Part shown: positions 18,818-30,305 of the stretch, piece after piece
Layout: the number at the start of each line of letters is the position of its first letter
Position numbering within the stretch: the first letter of the stretch is position 1
NCBI GenBank assembly: GCA_964415115.1
Contig: CAYPYB010000005.1
Location: 53,827 to 117,826, forward strand
Length of the DNA: 64,000 nt
Direction: 5' to 3'
Source: an uncultured Candidatus Pelagibacter sp.
GTDB lineage: Bacteria; Pseudomonadota; Alphaproteobacteria; Paracaedibacterales; CAIOTO01
Program-made: the position numbers and the translations under genes
The notes under the pieces: generated by a model
Told to the model about the DNA's origin: nothing
Seen by the model: the letters and a program-made list of their open reading frames with translations, nothing else
The model's database searches: none

Positions 18818-19894
18818 ATGAATAAAATTGATCTTTATATAATAAAAAAAATATTTTTTATCTACCTCACTATTACATCTGTTTTTGGATTAATTGTTTG
18901 GCTTATTCAATCATTACGGTTTCTTGATACTATCGTAAATTACCACCTACCATTATCCAGTTTTCTATCTTTTGTGGCATACCTACTACCCGATCTATGG
19001 GTTATGCTTTCACCCATCACCTTTTCTCTATCCGCTGTTATTGTTTTTTCCAGACTTTCTTCTACCCATGAATTGGACGCCATCAAAGCATTAGGCATTA
19101 ATTTTTGGGGAATAGGACGATCTACCATTTTATCTTCTGTTGTTGTTTGCGTTTTCTTATTGTCATTAAGTCTTTATTTTGTACCTTTATCATTTAAGAA
19201 ATTTAGAGACAAACAACACCTGATGCAAAATATTCTGGTTGGTCATCTAATGAAAGAAGGTCGTTTTAATTCATCCAAAAATTTCACGATATACATTAAC
19301 GAGCAAAATAAAAATGGTGAAATTAAAGGCTTTTATATGTTTCAAAAAATGGATGACACCTTAAAAGAAAAAATTATTACGGCTCAGTCAGGTAAAATTA
19401 TTAATAACAACCAACAAATTATTCTTCAACTTAATGCAGGATATCAATTAGAAAAAGATAATCTCAAAAATAAAAAATCAACGATCTCTTTTGATTCGCT
19501 TTCCCTCGATGTTTCAGAAATCTTCATACAGTCACAAAAAAAAAGAGATGATCAAAAACCATCTGAACTTTTCATTGAACAATTACTCAATCCCAATATT
19601 AATCTTATAGAAGATGTAAAAAGAAAATTCAAAGTAGAAGCTCATCAAAGAATTCTCATTCCATTAATGACCATACTTAATATTTGCTTGGCTCTTTGGA
19701 TGTGTTTTAAAACTGAACATCAAAGACAAAAACAACAAACATCTTTTAAAATTGTTGCTCTTGTCTTTGTCCAACATCTTTTACTGATTATGAGCGCATC
19801 GTTGGGATTAATTATGGATTACATACATATTCCCCTTTACAGTATCTACGTAATATTAACTACTTTTTATCTCTATAAAATAATTAAAAGTTAG
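18818..19894 (+). CDS. lptF: LPS export ABC permease LptF
   Basis: YjgP/YjgQ-type protein (MNKIDLYIIKKIF) with 6 TM helices and a large periplasmic loop. The tracked start at 18812 is TTG. The ATG at 18818 is preferred. Confidence 0.85.
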   Translation: MNKIDLYIIKKIFFIYLTITSVFGLIVWLIQSLRFLDTIVNYHLPLSSFLSFVAYLLPDLWVMLSPITFSLSAVIVFSRLSSTHELDAIKALGINFWGIGRSTILSSVVVCVFLLSLSLYFVPLSFKKFRDKQHLMQNILVGHLMKEGRFNSSKNFTIYINEQNKNGEIKGFYMFQKMDDTLKEKIITAQSGKIINNNQQIILQLNAGYQLEKDNLKNKKSTISFDSLSLDVSEIFIQSQKKRDDQKPSELFIEQLLNPNINLIEDVKRKFKVEAHQRILIPLMTILNICLALWMCFKTEHQRQKQQTSFKIVALVFVQHLLLIMSASLGLIMDYIHIPLYSIYVILTTFYLYKIIKS

Positions 19895-19903
19895 AGGATT
19901 AAC

Positions 19904-21001
19904 GTGGGCCCTATTTTTTTTGGAAAACTCTATTTTTCTTTACTTAAAAGTCTTTCTAAAACTGTGCTTTTCAGTTTTTTCTTCTTATCGGGATTATTTT
20001 TCATCTTTGAACTACTCGAAAAAATGCGTAATTTTCTTGCCCGTTCGGATGTTAGCTACGCTTTTATTGTCAAATTATCATTAATGGCCCTACCACAACA
20101 TATCTTATCCTTAAGCCCTTTTATTTTCTTTTGTTCAGCATGTTGTGCTATGTGGAAACTGAGTGAAAGAAATGAAATTATTATATGGAAAAATATTGGT
20201 GTATCAGGATTGCGCGCAACATTCATGATCATGACTATTTATTTATTGCTGGGATCTTGCTGGGTCATGATCATTAATCCTATATCTGCTTTTTCAAACC
20301 AACTATCTAACCAGATGTATGATAAATTTATACGAAAAGAAGAAACACCACTTACTCAAACACCTACTGGTTTTTGGATTAAAGAGGTTATTAACAATAA
20401 TTATCGCATCATCAGATCGACCAAAGTCAACATACGGTCTAAAACATTTGAAAATGTCTCTATTTGCGATTTTACAAATACTCATAAACTTTCTAAAATG
20501 ATTCTTGCTAAAGAAGCAACAATCGATAAAAATGTATGGTATGTCAAAGGTATTCAACATGTTTTTGGATTTGAATTCACCCCATCAACAACATTACCTA
20601 CGAACTTAACCATTCATAAAATTAAAATAACATCAAAGCCTCCTAAACATATACCCTTTTGGCAAATCAGATCGATCATCAAAGAACAAAAAAAGAACGG
20701 ATTATCCTATCTAGCTTATGACCTTCATTTTTATAATTTTTTTGCAGAAATACTGAACATTATTTTTTTAAGTGTTTTTGCTATCGGCATTTTTTGGAAT
20801 AAAGAAAGAAACCCAAATTATTACATTCATACTTTTAAAATAGTTTCTATCGGATTTTCCTTTTTCTTTTTGTGCAAAATACTTCATGCTTATGGTGAAT
20901 CACAAAATATTTCTGTCTATACAGCTTGTTTTCTACCTACTCTTTTAACGGCTTGTTTGTCTTTAGCTTATGTTCTGCATAAGGAGGAATTTACATCATG
21001 A
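19904..21001 (+). CDS. lptG: LPS export ABC permease LptG
   Basis: Second YjgP/YjgQ paralogue immediately downstream of lptF. It has a GTG start, and its stop overlaps the lptD ATG as ATGA. Confidence 0.85.
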   Translation: MGPIFFGKLYFSLLKSLSKTVLFSFFFLSGLFFIFELLEKMRNFLARSDVSYAFIVKLSLMALPQHILSLSPFIFFCSACCAMWKLSERNEIIIWKNIGVSGLRATFMIMTIYLLLGSCWVMIINPISAFSNQLSNQMYDKFIRKEETPLTQTPTGFWIKEVINNNYRIIRSTKVNIRSKTFENVSICDFTNTHKLSKMILAKEATIDKNVWYVKGIQHVFGFEFTPSTTLPTNLTIHKIKITSKPPKHIPFWQIRSIIKEQKKNGLSYLAYDLHFYNFFAEILNIIFLSVFAIGIFWNKERNPNYYIHTFKIVSIGFSFFFLCKILHAYGESQNISVYTACFLPTLLTACLSLAYVLHKEEFTS

Positions 21002-23259
21002 AAAAAAACATGTCTTATCTGTATTTTTTTTTATTAGCATCCACTAGTGTTATACCTACCTATTCTCGAAGTGAAACCTATGAAATCCAAATACAGTCTC
21101 AAAATTTTTCGCTAGATAACAACAAACATTCCATATCTGCTCAAGGAAAAGTTGAAACCATTATAACTAAGGATAATCAAAAGAAGATTAAAATATATTG
21201 TGACAAACTAGAACACAACATGTCATCTAGGGCTTTTTCTCTGAAAGGTTCCTCTCTCTATCCTCTTTCCATTCTTACCGATAAGGGTGAAGTGCTACAA
21301 TCTGAGGAGGCAGAAATTTCTTGGGATTTAAAAGATATTCAACTTGAACCGTTTGAAATTAAATTTGGCGAAAATTATACATTTAACGGCAAAAGTGCTG
21401 TAAGAAAAAATGCCAAAGTTAGCATTATGAAAGACTCTCATTATACAACATGTAAAACGTGTAAAAACCAAGATCCATTTTGGTCCATTAACGCCAAAGA
21501 AATTCAAAGAGATGAAGAAGAAGAAACCGTAAGTTACAAAAATATTTTCTTAAAAATTAAAAGCACACCCGTCTTATATTTACCCTATTTTTCCCACCCT
21601 GACCCTAGAGTCAAAAGAAAATCAGGTTTTATTAAACCCATTTTATCCAAAAGCAATGATTTAGGATATGTTTTGGGAACGCCTATATTTTATATTTTTG
21701 ACTCAACCCAAGACATGACTGTTACACCTGTTTTTATGAGTGCCCAAGGAGGCCTTTTTAAAAGCGAATACAGAAAAATGCTAAAAGAAGGTTTGTTTTC
21801 TGTTGATGGATCTATCACTCGAACGCAAAAAACTGTGCAGCAGATTTCTGCTGATGAAACGCCGTTAAGGTCTTTGGAACGTTGGTATATACATTCCAAT
21901 GCAGATTTTGCAATAAACGATGAACAAAGTATAGCTTTTGATCTTGCAAAAGCCAGTGACACAACATTTCTTGCCAGATATGCAACGCCTTTAGAAAGAC
22001 CCCTTTTGATTACCAACAGAACCATACCATCTTATGCTCGGTGGAATTATGATGCAAAATCGTATTATGTGTTTATCGACGCGCATAGTTTCCAAACAGA
22101 CCAACCTGATACGGCACCTCTCGTTTTGCCACGTTTAGAATTGGAATATTTTCATCATAACGATTTTGGATTATTTAGAATCCAAGCTAATTACACACAT
22201 ATTCAAAGGCATTCTTTTTTAACTTATTCAAACTCCCTATACCCTAAAAGAAATCAAAGATTCTTAATGAATACGGAATGGGAAAATATGTTTATCTCTT
22301 CATCCGGATTTGTATTTGAACCTAAATTAGTCATTTCTCAAAGTTTTTATTTTATTAAAACAAGCAATGGGTCTGTTGCACATTCTGAATCGGTTCAAAA
22401 AACATTTTCTCGTTTATTTCCCCAAGGTTCATTAAAAACATCTCTGCCGTTACAAAGTAAATTTGAAAATTCTTCTTATATTTTTGCACCCATGTCCTTT
22501 CTTATTATAGCGCCGGAATTAAGCCCAAAATACAGAACAATCCCAAATGAAGACAGTCAATTTTCAGATCTTGACGATATTTCTATTTTATCAACGAATC
22601 GTCTAGGGGGGTATGATCAAATTGACCAAGGTTCCAAGCTTGTTTTAGGCATAGATAACACACTCGATTTTGATTCTGGTAGAAAATTTGAATTTTTCAT
22701 AGGTCGATCCTTTAGGTTAGATAGGCAAGAGGTGCTGGGGGCCGTAAAAGGAGAAGCAGACCGTAAATCAGATTATCTTTTGCGTTTTTTAGTCAATTAT
22801 AATGAGCATCTAAGCTTTAGATCAAGATATGCATATAGTCCAGTTTTAAAAAGTTTCAGATACATGGAACATGGCATGATATTTGATCAAGAAAAAATCG
22901 CTGTAGAATGTGCACATATTCATCTAAATAAAAATATGATGAATACACAAAAAAATTTATCACAGCTTCATACCAATATTAAATTAAAAATCACACCTGA
23001 ATGGATGCTATTAGGTGGTCAGCTTCGTAATTTAAATAAATCCAACGGATCACCAACACTTGCTACCTACGGTGCGGCTCGTTATGAAAACGAATGTTTT
23101 TCTATGGAATTGGGTGTTTCTCGTTCAGCGCAAAAAGCGCGTGATCTGCGACCTGATACATCTTTCATTTTATCTTTAAATTTCAAAAGTATTTCAAATT
23201 TTAACTTTAGTCAATCATCAGCACTTCCCAATCACCCCTTTGTAAACTTTTTGAAGTAA
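20998..23259 (+). CDS. lptD: LPS-assembly outer-membrane protein LptD
   Basis: 753 aa with a signal peptide, an OstA-like N-domain and a large beta-barrel region (PVLYLPYFSHPDPRVKRKSGFIKP). Confidence 0.88.
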   Translation: MKKNMSYLYFFLLASTSVIPTYSRSETYEIQIQSQNFSLDNNKHSISAQGKVETIITKDNQKKIKIYCDKLEHNMSSRAFSLKGSSLYPLSILTDKGEVLQSEEAEISWDLKDIQLEPFEIKFGENYTFNGKSAVRKNAKVSIMKDSHYTTCKTCKNQDPFWSINAKEIQRDEEEETVSYKNIFLKIKSTPVLYLPYFSHPDPRVKRKSGFIKPILSKSNDLGYVLGTPIFYIFDSTQDMTVTPVFMSAQGGLFKSEYRKMLKEGLFSVDGSITRTQKTVQQISADETPLRSLERWYIHSNADFAINDEQSIAFDLAKASDTTFLARYATPLERPLLITNRTIPSYARWNYDAKSYYVFIDAHSFQTDQPDTAPLVLPRLELEYFHHNDFGLFRIQANYTHIQRHSFLTYSNSLYPKRNQRFLMNTEWENMFISSSGFVFEPKLVISQSFYFIKTSNGSVAHSESVQKTFSRLFPQGSLKTSLPLQSKFENSSYIFAPMSFLIIAPELSPKYRTIPNEDSQFSDLDDISILSTNRLGGYDQIDQGSKLVLGIDNTLDFDSGRKFEFFIGRSFRLDRQEVLGAVKGEADRKSDYLLRFLVNYNEHLSFRSRYAYSPVLKSFRYMEHGMIFDQEKIAVECAHIHLNKNMMNTQKNLSQLHTNIKLKITPEWMLLGGQLRNLNKSNGSPTLATYGAARYENECFSMELGVSRSAQKARDLRPDTSFILSLNFKSISNFNFSQSSALPNHPFVNFLK

Positions 23260-23364
23260 GAAGAAGTTCCAAACCGTTAAATCCTATGATCATTGAAAGC
23301 AAATAGCCCAAAACATACTTTCTTGAATTTTATATATATTTATGTCAATCTTGTAGATATCCGT

Positions 23365-23441
23365 GCATCCGTAGCTCAGCTGGATAGAGTGTTGCCCTCC
23401 GAAGGCAAAGGTCGGACGTTCGAATCGTCTCGGATGCGCCA
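23365..23441 (+). tRNA. tRNA-Arg (anticodon CCG), CCA encoded
   Basis: GCATCCG-TA-GCTC-AGCTGGATA-GAGT-G-TTGCC-CTCCGAA-GGCAA-AGGTC-GGACG-TTCGAAT-CGTCT-CGGATGC-G-CCA forms a complete 77-nt cloverleaf. Confidence 0.93.
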
Positions 23442-23470
23442 TTTATTATTTTTAGAAATTAATATTTATA

Positions 23471-23603
23471 ACTTGATTGCTTATAAAATAATTTCTCGCA
23501 ATTGCGTTTCATGGGTAGAAGTAAAACCTGTTGCCGTTAAAGCCGCAGATGGTCTTGAAATACACTTTATTTTTATGCCTTCAGTATTTTTAAATAGGTT
23601 GGC
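23471..23603 (-). pseudogene. orphan fragment duplicating the 3' end (last ~40 codons) of sucA
   Basis: It aligns with 24462-24596. By hand I count 12 mismatches in 108 nt plus a 2-nt indel. The fragment conceptually reads RANLFKNTEGIKIKCISRPSAALTATGFTSTHETQLRE, against sucA WPNLFKNIEGIKIKCISRPYAASTATGFSSIHETELQE. Confidence 0.8.
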
Positions 23604-23657
23604 ACGTGTAGATATATAATCATTTATACTTTCATACTTAGAAATACTTTTTCAAGA

Positions 23658-24398
23658 CTACTTATCTTTTTTGTGAAAGCGTAAAAGTTGATCTACTGTT
23701 ACAAATTTATAACCCATCTTTTTCACTGCTGGAATAAATAAATCTAGGGATTTTACAGTATTATTTTTGTCTGCATTGGCATCGTGCATCAAAATAATTG
23801 AACCTGGTCGTAGTTCACTCATAATAGTTTTTACGATATCTTTTACAGAGGGAACTTTGTGATCTCTAGGATCAATATCGCACAAAATATTAAATTTTTT
23901 AATTCTTTTGAGCACCCAAGGTAAGTGAATGGGAATCTTAAGATAAGGCGAGCGAAAATGTATAGGATCTAAGTATCCAAAATTTCTGATTATTTGGTCT
24001 GTCTTTTCAATTTCAGATATTATTTCACTGGGCCATAAGTATTTTAGTTTAGGATGCGTCCATGTGTGATTTCCAATTTCGTGACCTTCTTCATAGGTTC
24101 TTTTAAAAATATGAGGCAATTTTTCAACATTTCTTCCAAGTACAAAAAATGTTGCTTTTATATCATGTTTTTTAAGTAAATCTAGAATTCGTTCAGTATA
24201 TTCTTTTGAAGGTCCGTCATCAAATGTAAGAGCAACCATTTTTTCTGTAGTATTTATTTTTTCAAAATACAAATCTAGTGCTGGGTCAAAATAACTAAAA
24301 TACATCCACTTTATTAAGTAATAAAAACACAATGAAAAAATAAAAAATGAGAAAAATTTTTTATTCTTGCTGCTTCTTAAATTAGCCCATAGAGACAT
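23658..24398 (-). CDS. polysaccharide deacetylase (NodB / CE4 family), membrane-anchored
   Basis: N-terminal TM helix, NodB motif 1 (LTFDDGP), motif 2 (HTWTHP) and later RSPY and LMHD blocks. Confidence 0.85.
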   Translation of the reverse strand: MSLWANLRSSKNKKFFSFFIFSLCFYYLIKWMYFSYFDPALDLYFEKINTTEKMVALTFDDGPSKEYTERILDLLKKHDIKATFFVLGRNVEKLPHIFKRTYEEGHEIGNHTWTHPKLKYLWPSEIISEIEKTDQIIRNFGYLDPIHFRSPYLKIPIHLPWVLKRIKKFNILCDIDPRDHKVPSVKDIVKTIMSELRPGSIILMHDANADKNNTVKSLDLFIPAVKKMGYKFVTVDQLLRFHKKDK

Positions 24399-24467
24399 TT
24401 TAACATTGACCGCATAATATTTTTAATATTTTAACAATAGAAATGTTAATTTATAGCTAAAACATGA

Positions 24468-27215
24468 TTAAAAAGATTTTAATAATATTTCTTGCAATTC
24501 CGTTTCATGGATAGAACTAAAACCTGTGGCCGTTGAAGCTGCGTAAGGTCTTGAAATACACTTTATTTTTATGCCTTCAATATTTTTAAAAAGGTTAGGC
24601 CAAATACTCATATAAAAATGTGTCCAGGCACCAGCATTTTGTGGTTCTTCTTGGCACCAAATCAAATCAGAATAAGGGTGTATCTTTTTGCATAATTGAT
24701 GAATTTGGTCGGAATTAATAGGGTACAATTGTTCAAAACGGATTAAAATAATTTTATCATTCAAATTTTGTTCTTCTATAGCTTGCGCCAAATCGTAATA
24801 AATTTTTCCTGAACATAAAATATATTTTGCAACACTTTTTTCTCTGCCTTTATAATCGATCAAAATTTGTTGAAAGTTTTCGTGCTGATCTACTGAAAAT
24901 TCAGATATGTGCGATACAGCTTTTTTATGACGCAATAATGATTTTGGTGTGAATATAACCAATGGTCGCTTCTCTGGTTTGATCACATGATCCATCAACG
25001 CTCTATACAAACTTACAGGTGTCGTACAATTCACAACTTGAATATTATCTTGAGCACATAATTGTAAAAAACGTTCAATTCGTGCCGAAGAATGTTCTGG
25101 GCCTTGACCTTCAAATCCATGGGGTAGCATTAAAACAAGATTACTATTTTGATTCCATTTTGATCGCCCAGATGCAATAAATTGATCAATCATCACTTGA
25201 GCACCATTTGCAAAATCTCCAAATTGTGCTTCCCAAATATTTAAATCATGGGAATGAACTAAAGAATAACCATATTCAAAACCCAAAACCGCCAATTCAG
25301 ATAAATAGCTATCCCAAATATTAAAAGAACCTCTGTCGCCAAAATATTTCGGGTTAAACAATCGATAAGGCTGATTTTTTTCTTGGTCATACCAAACAGC
25401 GTGACGATGCGAAAAAGTGCCACGCACCGAATCTTGACCACTGATACGTACAGATCTTCCCATCAGTAATGTGGTTGCATATGCAACCCATTCGCCGCAA
25501 CCCCAATCTAAATTAATTTTGCCTTCTAGCATTTGCAGACGATTTTCTAACAAACGTTTGAGTTTAGAATTCAGATTTAATGTTAAGCCCTTTCGTATGG
25601 CATTTTTTAAAGCTTCAATAGCTTTCAATACAACGTTTTCTTCAGGCAAATTATTTTTAACATTTATTTCTTCTAAGGAATGGATAGTCGAACTCTTATT
25701 GGAGAGACTCTCCTTTACATCCAAAAGTAAAGATTCATAGTGATTTTTTACATCTTTAACTCTTTGTAACGCATTATCACGAATTTGACTGTTGTAAGAA
25801 GTTTGAATTTCTAGAATTTTTAAATATTCTTCAAAAGCTGGCTTTAAATGTGAAATAGTCTTGTACATGGAGGGTTGTGTAAAAACTGGTTCATCTCCTT
25901 CATTATGACCATATTTACGGTACCCTATTAAATCAACGATAATATCTTTTTTAAATTGTTTTTTGTATTCAAATGCAAGCTTTGAAGCTTTAATAACAGC
26001 ATCAATATCGAGCGCATTAACATGAATAACAGGAATGTTAAAAGCCTTAGCAATATCGGTGCAATAATACGTTGAACGACTATCTTGTGGATCGGCAGTA
26101 AAACCTATTTGATTATTAGATATGATATGAATCGTACCATCTGTTTTATACCCTTCTAAGTTCATAGCTTGCAAGGATTCATATACTATTCCCTGTCCTG
26201 CTATCGATGCATCACCGTGCACCAAGACCCCCATAATATTTTCTTTATCAACACTTTCTGCTAAATCCTTAAGACCACGTACATAGCCTAAAACTACAGG
26301 GTTTATAAACTCTAGATGAGATGGATTTGGCAGTAATTTTAAAGTTAAAGACTTTTGGTCTTTTTCTCGAATAGATTCTTGTCCTAAATGATATTTCACA
26401 TCCCCTGAATAGTAAGAAGTATCACCTTTTTCATATTCTCCTAAAAACAGTTTTAAAACATCTTGTACAGGAAGATCTAAACATTGAGTCAAAACGCTTA
26501 ATCTACCCCGATGAGTCATACCCAAAATAATATGAGATTGTGAATATTGTTGGATAGATTGATCAAAAATCACTTCAAGAAAAACAGCCAGTGCTTCGCA
26601 CCCTTCTATGCTAAAACGTTTTGCACCAGGAAATTTTGTATGAAGAAAATTTTCAAATACGTGTATATCCACCAATTTATGAAGTGCTTTTTCTTGTTCT
26701 GAAACTGTGCAGGTTTCATTTTTTTCAACAAACAAGAATAACCAATTTTTTTCATTCTCTGAATCGATATGATCAAATTCATAACCTACTGTTCCGCAAT
26801 ATAGTGGATATAAATCATGATTTTTGAATGATTCTAATTTTGAGTTTTTGGAATCTTCTAAAACAGAACTTTCAACTGATTTATTCAAAGGATTCAGATT
26901 AGCACCTAAATGTCCAAATCTACGCAAATAATCAAGCGATTGAAAATTATTCAAATCACTATAAGGTATACAAAGCTTTTTAGCTAAACTTTGTTTTTGT
27001 CTTGGTAAAAATAGTGGCAATTGTTCATTAGTGAACAAGGCTTCTTTCAACTCTGAAAATTTTTCAATGAATTGATTTTTATTTTCCTTCTGATATTCAT
27101 CCACATCTGAAGTATCACATAACATTTGTGTCAGATATTGAAAGTTTTCGCTTACCAATGCATTGTCTGCATTGTGTCTTGCAGATTTTTTTGGACTTAA
27201 ATCAGAAGAATCCAT
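24468..27215 (-). CDS. sucA: 2-oxoglutarate dehydrogenase E1 component
   Basis: 915 aa with GMTHRGRLSVL, HGDASIAGQGIVYES, a ThDP-binding region, and EAQFGDFANGAQ and LLPHGFEGQGPEHSSARIERFLQ. Confidence 0.95.
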   Translation of the reverse strand: MDSSDLSPKKSARHNADNALVSENFQYLTQMLCDTSDVDEYQKENKNQFIEKFSELKEALFTNEQLPLFLPRQKQSLAKKLCIPYSDLNNFQSLDYLRRFGHLGANLNPLNKSVESSVLEDSKNSKLESFKNHDLYPLYCGTVGYEFDHIDSENEKNWLFLFVEKNETCTVSEQEKALHKLVDIHVFENFLHTKFPGAKRFSIEGCEALAVFLEVIFDQSIQQYSQSHIILGMTHRGRLSVLTQCLDLPVQDVLKLFLGEYEKGDTSYYSGDVKYHLGQESIREKDQKSLTLKLLPNPSHLEFINPVVLGYVRGLKDLAESVDKENIMGVLVHGDASIAGQGIVYESLQAMNLEGYKTDGTIHIISNNQIGFTADPQDSRSTYYCTDIAKAFNIPVIHVNALDIDAVIKASKLAFEYKKQFKKDIIVDLIGYRKYGHNEGDEPVFTQPSMYKTISHLKPAFEEYLKILEIQTSYNSQIRDNALQRVKDVKNHYESLLLDVKESLSNKSSTIHSLEEINVKNNLPEENVVLKAIEALKNAIRKGLTLNLNSKLKRLLENRLQMLEGKINLDWGCGEWVAYATTLLMGRSVRISGQDSVRGTFSHRHAVWYDQEKNQPYRLFNPKYFGDRGSFNIWDSYLSELAVLGFEYGYSLVHSHDLNIWEAQFGDFANGAQVMIDQFIASGRSKWNQNSNLVLMLPHGFEGQGPEHSSARIERFLQLCAQDNIQVVNCTTPVSLYRALMDHVIKPEKRPLVIFTPKSLLRHKKAVSHISEFSVDQHENFQQILIDYKGREKSVAKYILCSGKIYYDLAQAIEEQNLNDKIILIRFEQLYPINSDQIHQLCKKIHPYSDLIWCQEEPQNAGAWTHFYMSIWPNLFKNIEGIKIKCISRPYAASTATGFSSIHETELQEILLKSF

Positions 27216-27232
27216 ACGATATCATCACCCTT

Positions 27233-28114
27233 TTATTTCAAAATATCTAATAAAGTTGAACCGATTTTTGCAGCATTAGATGCCACAGCAATTCCCGCTT
27301 TTTTTAAATATTCCATTTTAGCTTCTGCAGATTCATCGGCACCCGAAATAATGGCACCCGCGTGCCCCATTCTTTTGCCCTTAGGTGCTGTTTGTCCTGC
27401 AATAAAGCCCACAACAGGTTTAACTTTACCTTTTTTATACTGATGCTGAATAAAATCTGCTGCCATTTGTTCTTCCTGACCACCAATTTCACCAATCATA
27501 ATGATTGATTCAGTAGCATCATCATTCCAAAACATTTCAAGAGTTTCATTAAACGAAATACCTTTAATGGGGTCGCCGCCAATTCCAACACATGTTGTTT
27601 GTCCTAAACCTAACTGTGTCGTTTGATAAACAGCTTCATAGGTTAGTGTTCCAGAACGTGAGATAATTCCAACAGACCCTTTTTTATGAATAAAGCCTGG
27701 CATAATACCAATTTTACATTCTTCGGATGTAATAATTCCTGGACAATTTGGACCAATCAAAATTGATTTTTTGCCCTTCATGTATTGCTTGACTTTCAGC
27801 ATATCTGACACAGGTATTCCTTCAGTAATACAAACGATTAACTCTATACCGCAATCTACGGCCTCTAATATGGCTTCTGCTGCAAAAGCTGCTGGCACAT
27901 AGATCATAGTGGCTGTTGCATCTGTTTGTTTTACGGCATCATATACCGTATTGAAAACAGGCAGATCTAAATGTTGCGTTCCACCTTTACCAGGTGTTAC
28001 ACCGCCTACAAGTTTTGTTCCGTATTTCAAAGCTTGTTCAGAATGAAACGTACCGTGTTTACCGGTAAAACCTTGACAAATTAATTTCGTATTTCTATCA
28101 ACTAAAATAGACAT
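27233..28114 (-). CDS. sucD: succinyl-CoA ligase alpha subunit
   Basis: [24 protein letters not shown] and the phosphohistidine loop MGHAGAII. Confidence 0.96.
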   Translation of the reverse strand: MSILVDRNTKLICQGFTGKHGTFHSEQALKYGTKLVGGVTPGKGGTQHLDLPVFNTVYDAVKQTDATATMIYVPAAFAAEAILEAVDCGIELIVCITEGIPVSDMLKVKQYMKGKKSILIGPNCPGIITSEECKIGIMPGFIHKKGSVGIISRSGTLTYEAVYQTTQLGLGQTTCVGIGGDPIKGISFNETLEMFWNDDATESIIMIGEIGGQEEQMAADFIQHQYKKGKVKPVVGFIAGQTAPKGKRMGHAGAIISGADESAEAKMEYLKKAGIAVASNAAKIGSTLLDILK

Positions 28115-28131
28115 CTAATCTTTACCTTCCG

Positions 28132-29292
28132 CTATTGTGCTAAACAAACAGCGCTTGCTGCTGCTTGGTCAAAATCATCAAAAACACTTATTTTCAAACC
28201 TGATTTTTCTAACAGTTCTAAACCCTCTTGTTTGTTAGTACCTTGTAATCTTACAATTAAGGGCAATGAAAGAGATGTTTCTTCAACAGCTTTTAATATG
28301 CCTTCTGCTATCACATCACATCGCATAATTCCGCCAAAGATGTTAATAAAAATAGATTTCACATTAGGATCGCTACAAATAATTTTAAACGCTGCAGATA
28401 CTTTTTCAGCCGTAGCACCTCCTCCAACATCTAAAAAGTTAGCAGGTGTTCCACCATGAAAATGAATCATATCCATCGTTGCCATAGCAAGACCTGCGCC
28501 ATTTACCATGCATCCAACGCTACCTTCAAGTTTAACATAATTTAAATCATGTTTTTGCGCTTCACGATCGATGTCGCTTGATTTTTGAGAACGATATATT
28601 TCTAATAAATGAGGCTGTCGATATAATGCGTTTTCATCAAAACTTGCTTTGGTATCAAGTACAAGAAATTTATGATCTTTTGTTAAGACAAGTGGGTTAA
28701 TTTCAAGCATCATGGCATCAAGTTCAACAAAGGATTTGTATATCTTTTTAATTAACGATACAAATTCGGAATGCAATGAAGCATCTAAGTTAAGGCTAAA
28801 TGAAACTTTTCGAATAACATAATCTTTTAAACCCAACATTGGGTTAATTTGTTCTGTTAAAATAGCATCGGGTGTATCGTGAGCGACCTGTTCAATATCC
28901 ATGCCACCTCGCGATGAAGCAACAAGACTAATACAATTTTGATCTCTATTGATTAAAAAACTAATATAAAATTCTTTCGCTATATCGCATCCTTCTTCTA
29001 TTAAAACGGATTCCACATATTCACCTTCAGGACCCGTTTGGTGGGTCACAAGTGTTGTTTTTAAAAGTTTTTCAGAAGCCGTTTTAACTTCGTCTAATGA
29101 ACGAGCTAGCACAACACCTCCTGCTTTTCCACGTCCCCCAGCATGAACTTGTGCCTTAACTACCCAAAGATTAGTCTTAATTTCAGACGCAATTTTTACG
29201 GCTTCATCAGGAGTATTAGCAACTCCATTTCTCAGTAATGAAACATTATAATTTTGCAGTAATTGTTTTGCTTGATATTCATGTATATTCAT
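28132..29292 (-). CDS. sucC: succinyl-CoA ligase beta subunit
   Basis: MNIHEYQAKQLL, an ATP-grasp region (KAQVHAGGRGKAGGV) and GCMVNGAGLAMATMD. Confidence 0.96.
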   Translation of the reverse strand: MNIHEYQAKQLLQNYNVSLLRNGVANTPDEAVKIASEIKTNLWVVKAQVHAGGRGKAGGVVLARSLDEVKTASEKLLKTTLVTHQTGPEGEYVESVLIEEGCDIAKEFYISFLINRDQNCISLVASSRGGMDIEQVAHDTPDAILTEQINPMLGLKDYVIRKVSFSLNLDASLHSEFVSLIKKIYKSFVELDAMMLEINPLVLTKDHKFLVLDTKASFDENALYRQPHLLEIYRSQKSSDIDREAQKHDLNYVKLEGSVGCMVNGAGLAMATMDMIHFHGGTPANFLDVGGGATAEKVSAAFKIICSDPNVKSIFINIFGGIMRCDVIAEGILKAVEETSLSLPLIVRLQGTNKQEGLELLEKSGLKISVFDDFDQAAASAVCLAQ

Positions 29293-29295
29293 TTA

Positions 29296-30261
<966 letters not shown>

Positions 30262-30305
30262 TTATAAATAATCAAACAAATTTTAAAAAAAATATATTAA
30301 TAATA

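Noticed and set aside
23293-23619. 108-aa plus-strand ORF
   Set aside because: It contains the whole tRNA-Arg gene and then reads the antisense strand of the sucA 3' fragment. It is an artefact of those two features.
24400-24449. 8-bp inverted repeat TTAACATT / AATGTTAA between the sucA stop and the deacetylase start
   Set aside because: It is AT-only with a 34-nt loop. It is too weak to call a terminator or a mobile-element end.
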